Source: Flavobacterium sp. | Lineage (GTDB): Bacteria; Bacteroidota; Bacteroidia; Flavobacteriales; Flavobacteriaceae | Direction of reading: 5' to 3' | Length of the DNA stretch: 64,000 bases | Assembly: GCF_035292545.1 (NCBI RefSeq) | Contig: NZ_DATDPV010000009.1 | Span: forward strand, 24,239-88,238 | In this document: piece after piece, positions 51,993-60,714 of the stretch | Position numbering within the stretch: position 1 is the stretch's first letter | How the letters are laid out: each line of letters opens with the position of its first letter | Notes under the pieces: generated by a model | What the model saw: only the letters and a program-made list of their open reading frames with translations | Databases searched by the model: none | Told to the model about the DNA's origin: nothing | Translations under genes and position numbers: made by a program

Positions 51993-54515
51993 ATGTTAGA
52001 TAACATAACAAAAAGAAGAATTGATGATTGCCGTGATATTTTGGTTGGAAAATTACCTGACCCAAAATCACAAATAGAACAAATAACCATTGCGCTGATT
52101 TATAAATTCATGGATGACATGGATAAAGAAGCGATTGAACTAGGTGGAAAGGCAAAATTCTTTTCAGATTATACAATTCCTGATCCAAATGATATTAAAA
52201 AACAAATTGTTATTCCTTTTGAAAAATACAGTTGGGACAATCTATTTGATAGCAAAGTAAGTGCTACCGAAATGCTTAAACTGTATTCGGAAGCGATTGA
52301 AGGAATGGTAAAAAACCCTAATATTCCTGAACTGTTTGCTAATATTTTTAAGAATGCCTATTTACCTTATCGTGACCCCGAAACTTTGAAAATGTTTCTT
52401 AAAACGATAAGTGAATTTGAATATACGCACAGTGAAAAACTAGGGGATGCCTTTGAATATTTACTTTCTGTAATGGGTTCGCAAGGTGATGCTGGACAGT
52501 TTAGAACACCGCGACACATTATTGATTTTTTGGTTGCAGCCGTAAACCCAAGTAAAACTGACACTATTCTTGACCCAGCCTGTGGTACCGCTGGATTTTT
52601 GATTTCTGCCTTTAAACACATTAAAGAACAAAACAATAATATCTTAACTCCAGACGAACGTAAAAAGTTAATTAAGAATTTTATCGGGTATGATATTTCG
52701 CCCGATATGGTGCGATTAAGTTTGGTCAATCTGTATTTACACGGCTTTTCTGACCCACATGTTTTTGAATATGATACATTAAGCAGTGAAGACCGTTGGG
52801 ACGAAACCTTTGATGTGGTGTTAGCAAACCCGCCATTTATGAGTCCAAAAGGAGGTATACGACCACACAAAAAATTTACCATAAGCAGCAATCGTAGCGA
52901 AGTATTGTTTGTAGATTATATAGCTGAACATTTAAACCCAAAAGGAAGAGCTGGTATTATTGTACCCGAAGGGATAATTTTTCAAAGTGGCACGGCCTAT
53001 AAAGCCTTGCGAAAAATGTTAGTGGACAAATACTTGTATGCCGTGGTGAGTTTGCCCGCAGGTGTTTTTAATCCTTATAGCGGTGTAAAAACATCAATTT
53101 TATTGATGGATGCTGATTTAGCTAAGAAAACGGATGATGTTTTATTTATAAAAATTGATAATGACGGTTATAATCTTGGAGCACAACGCAATTCCGTAAA
53201 AGGAGGACAATTAGAGGACGCAGTTGAAACTTTAAAAACGTTTAGACAAAATAGTGTTGAAGGAAAGTTATTTGAAAATACGTTTTTAGCTCAAGCTGTA
53301 AATAAAGCTGAAATTGGAAAAAGTGGTGATTATAATTTGACTGGTGAAAAGTATAAAGTCAATACAATTTTAAACTCAAATTATGAATTTGAATTATTAT
53401 CCAATGTCTGTGAAATAAATCCTGAAACTATTGATCCTGCCAATCTTAATACTGAAGAGTTTGTTTATATTGATATAGCATCAGTTGAAAATGGTACGGG
53501 TAGAATAAATTATGATAATATCGTAAAAAAAGAAAATGCACCATCTAGAGCTAGAAGAAAAGTTCGAGATAAAGATATAATTCTTTCGACTGTAAGACCA
53601 AATTTAAAAGCCTTTGGTTTTATTGAAAATCCTCCTGAGAATACAATTTCATCAACTGGCTTTGCAGTTCTTAGGCCAAAAAAAAATCTAAATTCGAAGT
53701 TCCTATTTTATAATTTATATACTGATAACATGGTATCTCAAATGGTTTCCATGATGGGCAAAGGCTCTTATCCGAGTATTAATCAGTCAGATGTTTCTTC
53801 GCTTAAAATACCGCTTCCACCTCTTTCTATTCAAGAAGAAATTGTTGCTGAAATTGAGAGCTATCAAAAAATAATTGATGGAGGTAAAATGGTGGTAGAT
53901 AATTACAAACCCAGAATTGAGATTGATAAGGATTGGGAGATGTTAGCGTTTGAAGACATTTGCTTAGTCAATCCTAAAAAATCGGAAATAAATACTCTTG
54001 ATGACGATACTCAAGTTTCGTTTGTGCCAATGGCAGATTTGAATGAGAATCAAATCGATTTTATTCCTAATCAAGTAAAACCCTTAAGCGAAGTATACAA
54101 AGGTTATACTTATTTTAAGGAAAATGATGTATTACTTGCTAAAGTAACACCCTGTTTTGAAAATGGAAAAGCTGGTATAGCTAAAAAATTGGTCAACGGA
54201 ATTGGTTTTGGTTCAAGTGAATATTATGTGTTTAGACCAAACGAAAAAATTCTTTCAACTTGGATATACTTAAATATTATTACAGTTAATTTTAGAGAAA
54301 GAGGAAAACTTAACATGACTGGGACTGGTGGTTTACAACGAGTACCCACGGATTATGTTAAATCATATCAAATTCCAGTTCCTCCAATAGAAACCCAACA
54401 ACAAATCGTTTCCCAAATTGAAAAAGAGCAGGCATTGGTCAATGCTAATAAAGAGTTGATTACAATTTATGAGCAAAAGATAAAGGATAGAATTGGTAAA
54501 GTCTGGGGAGAGTAA
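51993..54515 (+). CDS. hsdM: Fused type I methyltransferase-specificity protein (HsdM plus two TRDs)
   Basis: GQFRTPRH, DPACGTAGFL, NPPF; then two Methylase_S-like units ending IPLPPLSIQEEIV and IPVPPIETQQQIV. Confidence 0.92.
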   Translation: MLDNITKRRIDDCRDILVGKLPDPKSQIEQITIALIYKFMDDMDKEAIELGGKAKFFSDYTIPDPNDIKKQIVIPFEKYSWDNLFDSKVSATEMLKLYSEAIEGMVKNPNIPELFANIFKNAYLPYRDPETLKMFLKTISEFEYTHSEKLGDAFEYLLSVMGSQGDAGQFRTPRHIIDFLVAAVNPSKTDTILDPACGTAGFLISAFKHIKEQNNNILTPDERKKLIKNFIGYDISPDMVRLSLVNLYLHGFSDPHVFEYDTLSSEDRWDETFDVVLANPPFMSPKGGIRPHKKFTISSNRSEVLFVDYIAEHLNPKGRAGIIVPEGIIFQSGTAYKALRKMLVDKYLYAVVSLPAGVFNPYSGVKTSILLMDADLAKKTDDVLFIKIDNDGYNLGAQRNSVKGGQLEDAVETLKTFRQNSVEGKLFENTFLAQAVNKAEIGKSGDYNLTGEKYKVNTILNSNYEFELLSNVCEINPETIDPANLNTEEFVYIDIASVENGTGRINYDNIVKKENAPSRARRKVRDKDIILSTVRPNLKAFGFIENPPENTISSTGFAVLRPKKNLNSKFLFYNLYTDNMVSQMVSMMGKGSYPSINQSDVSSLKIPLPPLSIQEEIVAEIESYQKIIDGGKMVVDNYKPRIEIDKDWEMLAFEDICLVNPKKSEINTLDDDTQVSFVPMADLNENQIDFIPNQVKPLSEVYKGYTYFKENDVLLAKVTPCFENGKAGIAKKLVNGIGFGSSEYYVFRPNEKILSTWIYLNIITVNFRERGKLNMTGTGGLQRVPTDYVKSYQIPVPPIETQQQIVSQIEKEQALVNANKELITIYEQKIKDRIGKVWGE

Positions 54516-54516
54516 T

Positions 54517-55365
54517 ATGAGAGCATTACAAGAAATAGTAAACAGACATAATAAAGTCGCCTTTTTGATTGGTAACGGACCCAACTTGGCTGCTAAAATA
54601 ATGCCGTCATGGAAGGATTTATTAAAGTCTGCATCCGATAGACCTATTCGATTTGAAGTTGATGGACTTTCTAATACAGAAGTTTATGATTTGGTAGAAA
54701 TATATTCAACCGAACCTAAAGAGGTTAAAAACCATGTTAAAAGTAAACTAGAATTACTACCAACTTATAATATTAGTATTCATAGGAGGTTGATGGAGTT
54801 TGCAATTGCTAATGATTCCCCTGTCTTATCTACAAATTTTGATGAAGTATTTGAGAAATCTATAAATGCAGAATTATTTCATATAGAATCAAAAGGATTT
54901 GCACGTTTTTATCCATGGAAAACGTATTACGGATTAACACAACATATTCTACCTACTGATGGTTTTGGAATTTGGAAAGTTCACGGAGATGTTCGTTATA
55001 CGGATAGTATTCGACTTGGCCTAACCGATTACATGGGAAGTTCCGAAAGAGCAAGGAAATTAATTCATAATGGAGAAGATAGATTGTTTAATGGCAAGCG
55101 TCAAGAGTTATGGTCAGGTCATCAAACTTGGCTTCATATATGGTTCAATTTACCTATTGTTATTTTTGGTTTAACTTATGGTTTAGACGAAGTCTTTTTA
55201 CGTTGGCTTTTAATAGAAAGAAAACGGTATTTAAATATATATAGTAGCCCCATGAATGTATATTATGTTTACAAAGACACACCTGCACCTTCAGTTAGCA
55301 ATCTTATGCGAAATTTAGATGTTGAACTAGTTAGTATTAATGATTATTCTGAACTATACGGATAA
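54517..55365 (+). CDS. SIR2-family (SIR2_2-like) protein, putative NADase
   Basis: FLIGNG, W..LL, STNFD, KVHGD motifs; ATG 1 nt after the hsdMS stop. Confidence 0.8.
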   Translation: MRALQEIVNRHNKVAFLIGNGPNLAAKIMPSWKDLLKSASDRPIRFEVDGLSNTEVYDLVEIYSTEPKEVKNHVKSKLELLPTYNISIHRRLMEFAIANDSPVLSTNFDEVFEKSINAELFHIESKGFARFYPWKTYYGLTQHILPTDGFGIWKVHGDVRYTDSIRLGLTDYMGSSERARKLIHNGEDRLFNGKRQELWSGHQTWLHIWFNLPIVIFGLTYGLDEVFLRWLLIERKRYLNIYSSPMNVYYVYKDTPAPSVSNLMRNLDVELVSINDYSELYG

Positions 55366-56096
55366 TGGAAGAAGCAACTTATATATTCAATTATTTACCT
55401 GTTCGTTTTAAAGATACAAATGAGCAAGAGTATATTGAATACTTGTGGAGTTCGTTTGAAGGTAATTATGATAATGAAAAATATCAATTTGCTTTTATGG
55501 CTTATCACATGCTATTTATGAGTTTTGTGTATTTTAATATATGGCAAGTAAAATCAGTAAAAGAAGAAGATTTTAATAAAATCAAACTTGGCTTCAGTGA
55601 TAAATTAGATAAAGTTACTAATCCATTTATGTTTAGTACAGAAGGAGAAAGTCGAATTTTTGACCTTCTTAAATATTTGTGCGCATCTCATTCAGATGTA
55701 AATGCTCTAGTTGGGAGATATAAGAGTCTTGTAAAAGATCGAAATGAAATTGCTCATGCCAATGGATTAATACCTTTTAGAACTACTACATATCTTGAAA
55801 CTAAGATTAATGATATATTACGATATGCAGAAGAAATTCAGTCATTTTCAAAACCCATTATTCATGAGTGTTTTGAAAAGTTTTTAATTGAAAGTCAGGA
55901 TGAAGATGCAAGACAATATTACGATATTGTTGAACAAATTAATGAAAGTTTAATACATCAACATTATTTATCGCAAAAGGATATTAATTTTTGTTTAGAG
56001 TATGATCTACAAAAGTTAAATGGACAACCAAATTTCGCGGAAATCGAAAGGATTTATGATTCATTGAAAAGTGAGTATCAAATTGAGGTGAGTTAA
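55365..56096 (+). CDS. HEPN-like protein
   Basis: All-helical character; R126-x4-H131 (DRNEIAH); TAATG stop/start overlap with the SIR2 gene. Confidence 0.6.
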   Translation: MEEATYIFNYLPVRFKDTNEQEYIEYLWSSFEGNYDNEKYQFAFMAYHMLFMSFVYFNIWQVKSVKEEDFNKIKLGFSDKLDKVTNPFMFSTEGESRIFDLLKYLCASHSDVNALVGRYKSLVKDRNEIAHANGLIPFRTTTYLETKINDILRYAEEIQSFSKPIIHECFEKFLIESQDEDARQYYDIVEQINESLIHQHYLSQKDINFCLEYDLQKLNGQPNFAEIERIYDSLKSEYQIEVS

Positions 56097-56103
56097 ATAC
56101 ATA

Positions 56104-57135
56104 ATGGTCATTTATATGAAGCAAAAACCAGAAATAGTTAGAACTAAAAATGAAGCTACCGGAATGAGGGTAGTTTCTCAATATGTCACTGAGTTTTGGG
56201 AATGTGGTTGGCAGCCAATCGAACAAAGAAATGACAAAGGCATTGATGGTCTTATAATAATGCGAAAAGGCGGAAAAGATATTGGTGTTAATATTAATGT
56301 CCAGGTTAAATGTGGAGTTCATTATATATCAAGCTATAATAAAGATGAAATTAAAATTTCGATTAGCAATAAATTAAACGAGCATATAACATATTGGAAG
56401 ACACAATTAATTCCAACCATTTTAGTTTTTGTAATACCTTATATTCCAAAACGTGATAAACATGGTAACATTGTTAGAATAGAAGTAATTACTGATAGTG
56501 GCAATGTTAGAAAAGAAATTGATTGGAAAGAAAGTAGAATTAAAGCAGAAGCTTTTTGGGTGAATGTTAAAGATGTAAACGTTTTTGACATAGATAAAAA
56601 AACTATAATAAAGATTGATAAGAAAAATAGATTTGGGGAACATTCAAAAGGAGATTTTTTAAAACTAATTGAACCTTATAAAACTAATATATATATTGAT
56701 AGGATTAATTTAAATCTGGTTAACAGAAATCTTTTAAACTCAGATAATTTCAGAAAGGATGCCCGTCAATTTTATAAAGACTGGAAATTAATTGACAACA
56801 ATTATTTCCCTTGCAAAGCCTTAGGAGGTGAGAAAATAATTATTTCAAGAACTGGATGGAATCATATAACAAATAAATCAAGAGGAAGAGAAAGAAGAAA
56901 TATTTCTTTAAAATTATTAGGTGCAGCTAAACAGGTAATCGAAGAAGTTGAAAAATATTATCTTTTACAACAAGTGCCAAATGGAGAATATCTAGAACAA
57001 AAAATAGGAATAAGAGGTATTGTAAAAACTAAAAATGAAGGAGACAAAATTATTCAAGTAGTAATCTTAAGAAAATATAATGAAAGTAAAGATTACGATA
57101 AATATTGGTTTTATTCAGTTCATCACAGGCAATAG
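56104..57135 (+). CDS. DUF4365 (PD-(D/E)xK nuclease) protein with an extra C-terminal domain
   Basis: WQPIEQRNDKGIDGLI..NVQVK; C-terminal ISRTGWNHI...FYSV segment. Confidence 0.75.
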   Translation: MVIYMKQKPEIVRTKNEATGMRVVSQYVTEFWECGWQPIEQRNDKGIDGLIIMRKGGKDIGVNINVQVKCGVHYISSYNKDEIKISISNKLNEHITYWKTQLIPTILVFVIPYIPKRDKHGNIVRIEVITDSGNVRKEIDWKESRIKAEAFWVNVKDVNVFDIDKKTIIKIDKKNRFGEHSKGDFLKLIEPYKTNIYIDRINLNLVNRNLLNSDNFRKDARQFYKDWKLIDNNYFPCKALGGEKIIISRTGWNHITNKSRGRERRNISLKLLGAAKQVIEEVEKYYLLQQVPNGEYLEQKIGIRGIVKTKNEGDKIIQVVILRKYNESKDYDKYWFYSVHHRQ

Positions 57136-57277
57136 GTGCTAATCCCTTATTTCAATGCCTAAAAGAAGACTTTGAGCCGAAACTCTAGAAGTTAGTTAGA
57201 AAAACACCTAATCCGCTGCAATGAATACAAATTAATGCATCGTTGCAAATATATTAATTTTAAGATTTAAAATACTA

Positions 57278-58399
57278 ATGAAAGTAATCCAAAATAAATG
57301 GTTAGATAATTTTTTAAAAGAATTAGCGACTACTAAAGAGTTAAAAATAGTATCTCCATTTATTACGGATAACATGGTAACACATTTATTAGATAATTGG
57401 AAAGGAAACAAGATACAGGTTATAACAAGATATAATTTAAATGATTTTCGCTCAGGAGTATCAAGCCTTAAAGCATTAAGAAGATTAATTGAAAAAGATG
57501 TGGAAATAAAAGGCATAAAAGATTTACACAGTAAAGCCTATATTTTCGATGCAAATAGTATGATTATTACTTCAGCAAATTTTACCAATGGTGGTTTTTT
57601 TAATAATCACGAATTAGGGATTAAGAGTGAAAGCGAAGTGCAAATTAAAGAGACGTTAGATTATTTTAACAAATTGTGGTCATTTAATAATGATTTATTA
57701 GAGACTAATAAAATTAATGAATGGCAAAAAATCATTGCAGAAAATAGAATAACTACAGCAGGAGCCAACTTAAAAGATTTTGGAACTTCAATTATTAGAA
57801 AAGTAATTGGAGACAAAAATTACTTTATAAAATTTTATGGAAGAGGTAATGAAAGAGCAAATTGGAATGAAGATGTTGTAGATATTATTAATGGTACTCA
57901 TTGTCATTTTGCAATAACTTTTCCTGAAGGAATTGGAAGACCTACAAGGTATAACGAAGGAGATGTTGTCTATTTAGCTAGAATGATTGAAGACCAAGAA
58001 TATGCAATATTTGGAAAAGCAATAGCTAGAAAACATGACAGAATTAGAGATATAGCAAGTAATGAAGATAAAAAACATATTGAATGGAAAGAAGAATTTC
58101 CAATTTATATTAGAGTACATTCTGTTAAATTTTTAAACACAACTTTTAAAAATTGCCCAAAAATGGGTGTTTTAATGAATGAATTGGGTTATGAATGTTT
58201 CAAAAAGACCAAAGAAAGACACGATAATGGAGAGGAAAACATAAATCCAAGATTATCTTTAATGAGAAAACCTGATATATGGTTAAGTGAAGAAGGAGCT
58301 TTTTGGGTCGAACAAAGATTTAATGAAGCTAAAAAGAAATTTTCACTCGTTCCACAAACTTTTATTGACGGTTTGTATCAAGGTAATCCTAAAATTTAG
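57278..58399 (+). CDS. Phospholipase D-family nuclease with C-terminal domain
   Basis: IVSPF, HSKAYIFD (HxKx4D), TSANFT, N.ELG. Confidence 0.85.
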   Translation: MKVIQNKWLDNFLKELATTKELKIVSPFITDNMVTHLLDNWKGNKIQVITRYNLNDFRSGVSSLKALRRLIEKDVEIKGIKDLHSKAYIFDANSMIITSANFTNGGFFNNHELGIKSESEVQIKETLDYFNKLWSFNNDLLETNKINEWQKIIAENRITTAGANLKDFGTSIIRKVIGDKNYFIKFYGRGNERANWNEDVVDIINGTHCHFAITFPEGIGRPTRYNEGDVVYLARMIEDQEYAIFGKAIARKHDRIRDIASNEDKKHIEWKEEFPIYIRVHSVKFLNTTFKNCPKMGVLMNELGYECFKKTKERHDNGEENINPRLSLMRKPDIWLSEEGAFWVEQRFNEAKKKFSLVPQTFIDGLYQGNPKI

Positions 58400-58579
58400 G
58401 TAGTGTGTTCAAAATCGTAATTGCAACTAATTTTCAAGAAAGGACATTTTTGTTGCCTTTTATGATAGTTAAAAATTTATTTTTAATAGGCTAAGAAAAT
58501 TATTGAGTTTGTTGAGACATTTGCGAGCGGATTATTGAAGTTGGAGCGTAGAGAAAAAATAATGATAAAATAACAATCA

Positions 58580-60712
58580 ATGCATATATCAAAAGTTACA
58601 TTAGTTAACTACAGGAATTTTGCAAATGTAAAATTTAATTTTAAGAAAGGAATAAATACAATTATTGGTGAAAATGGTTCTGGAAAAACAAATCTTTTTA
58701 AAGCGATAAGATTACTATTAGATGATAGTTTATATTCGGCAGCTTATAAGTTAACTTCTGATGATTTTAACCGTGCCTTAGGTGACTGGAGGGGGCAATG
58801 GATAATAATAAGTATCGAATTTGATGAAATTTCAGCAGATGAAGCAATTCAGGCACTTTTTGTTCATGGAGCAGCAATTATTGAAAGTGAATATGTAAAA
58901 AGGGCAACCTACAATCTGTTTTTTAGACCAAAAGCAGATATCCGATTAAAACTATCACAGTTAGAAGAAGGAGACAATAGAGGCTTACAAAGTATACTTG
59001 ATGAAATTAATATTAAAGATGATTATGAGACAATTTTCACAGGTAAAAGTATTGCAGATTTCAGCGACCCTGACGTTTATAATGATTTAGTAGGCAATTT
59101 TGATGAAGTTAAATTTAATTTCAATATTGATACATCTAAATATGGAATTAGAGTTCCTAATCAGTTATCAGTGGCAAAGGAAATATCTTTCACTTTTATT
59201 CAGGCATTACGTGACGTTGTTAACGATTTTCATGACAACAGAACAAATCCTCTTCTTGCATTATTAAAACATAAAAGTGGAGAAATTGATGAAGCTGAGT
59301 TTGCTCCAATTAGTAAATTAGTAAAAGAAATAAATGAAGGGATAGAAACGCTTAAAGATGTGCAAACTATACGAAAAGATATTAAGCAGACTATTAGAGA
59401 TGCAGTTGGAGAAACTTATTCTCCTTCTTCCTTATCGATCAGATCTAATTTGCCTAAGGAGGCCGATAAACTTCTTCAATCATTAAAATTATTTATCGGA
59501 GAGCCAGATGAAGATTATGAAGGAAGTATACATGAATTAAGTTTAGGAGGTGCTAACTTAATATTTCTAACCCTAAAATTACTAGAGTATAAATACCAAA
59601 AATCTAAATCAACATTTGCAAATTTTTTAATAATCGAAGAACCGGAAGCACACATTCATACACACATACAAAAAACACTTTTTGACAAGCTCGATTATAG
59701 TGATACTCAAATAATTTACTCAACTCATTCAACGTATATTTCTGAAGTTAGTGATGTTTCTAGTATAAATATCCTTGCTAAAAAAAGGAATTATGCAGAA
59801 GTATATCAACCTTCTGTTGGTTTAGACTCAAAAAAAATAACTCAAATCCAAAGATATTTGGACTCTGTTAGAAGTAATCTTCTATTCGCAAAAGGCGTAA
59901 TTTTGGTAGAAGGAGATGCCGAAGAAATACTAATTCCCTCATTGGTAAAAAAAGCTCTTGGTCTTAGTTTAGATGAATTAGGAATAAGTTTAATAAATAT
60001 TGGGAGTACAGGATTCGAAAATGTTGCTCAGCTATTTCATAAAGATCGTATTAGAAGAAAATGCAGTATCATTACAGATCTTGACAGCGAAATTGTAGAT
60101 ACATCTACGGTGATTGGCGACACTGAAAGAACTAAATTATTTAAGAGTAAAGTTCGCAATTCTGCAATATCGGGAGCAAGAAGAAAAGTAGCACTTGATA
60201 ATTTTGTCGACGGAAATGAATTTCTTCAAGTTTTTTATGCACAGCACACATTTGAAGTTGATTTTGTTAAAGAAGGTAATGCTTGGGAAGTGAAGCAATT
60301 AATAAAGACTGTATATAAAGCTCCTCCGAAAAGGATTCAGGCAAAAGATGACCTAAATTCAAATGATGTAGCACTTTACGGAAAAAGAGTTTTAACAATG
60401 GCAAATCAGGAAAAAAAAGGATGGTTTGCAATTATGCTTGGTAAATATGTAACCTATAAAACCATAATACCTCAATATATACTCAAAGCGATTATTTTTG
60501 CGAAACCAACGTTTTCAAGAAGCCTGATTATTGATATAATTGAATATCGATTAAATCAAAACTTAATGGATAATTTGACACTTGATTTAGCCGAGATTCA
60601 ACTATCAATTTTGGATTACGAAAAGAATAAAATTGGAACAGATGAACTAATAGGATTAATTGAAAAAGTTATTCCCGACGATCAAATTGTAGAATTTCTT
60701 AAATCGTTATAA
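58580..60712 (+). CDS. gajA: OLD-family ATP-dependent nuclease (Gabija A)
   Basis: NYRNF, GENGSGKT, IEEPEAHIH, STHS, TOPRIM LVEGDAE and ITDLD; adjacent to a UvrD helicase. Confidence 0.88.
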   Translation: MHISKVTLVNYRNFANVKFNFKKGINTIIGENGSGKTNLFKAIRLLLDDSLYSAAYKLTSDDFNRALGDWRGQWIIISIEFDEISADEAIQALFVHGAAIIESEYVKRATYNLFFRPKADIRLKLSQLEEGDNRGLQSILDEINIKDDYETIFTGKSIADFSDPDVYNDLVGNFDEVKFNFNIDTSKYGIRVPNQLSVAKEISFTFIQALRDVVNDFHDNRTNPLLALLKHKSGEIDEAEFAPISKLVKEINEGIETLKDVQTIRKDIKQTIRDAVGETYSPSSLSIRSNLPKEADKLLQSLKLFIGEPDEDYEGSIHELSLGGANLIFLTLKLLEYKYQKSKSTFANFLIIEEPEAHIHTHIQKTLFDKLDYSDTQIIYSTHSTYISEVSDVSSINILAKKRNYAEVYQPSVGLDSKKITQIQRYLDSVRSNLLFAKGVILVEGDAEEILIPSLVKKALGLSLDELGISLINIGSTGFENVAQLFHKDRIRRKCSIITDLDSEIVDTSTVIGDTERTKLFKSKVRNSAISGARRKVALDNFVDGNEFLQVFYAQHTFEVDFVKEGNAWEVKQLIKTVYKAPPKRIQAKDDLNSNDVALYGKRVLTMANQEKKGWFAIMLGKYVTYKTIIPQYILKAIIFAKPTFSRSLIIDIIEYRLNQNLMDNLTLDLAEIQLSILDYEKNKIGTDELIGLIEKVIPDDQIVEFLKSL

Positions 60713-60714
60713 AT

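Noticed and set aside
52367-52891. 174-aa antisense ORF inside hsdM
   Set aside because: Shadow frame of a well-conserved gene, with no independent motifs
57135-57230. AGGTGCTAATCCC resembling part of a SAM-I riboswitch
   Set aside because: The other SAM-I elements (ATC...GAG..GA, GCAACC) are absent and the downstream gene is a nuclease
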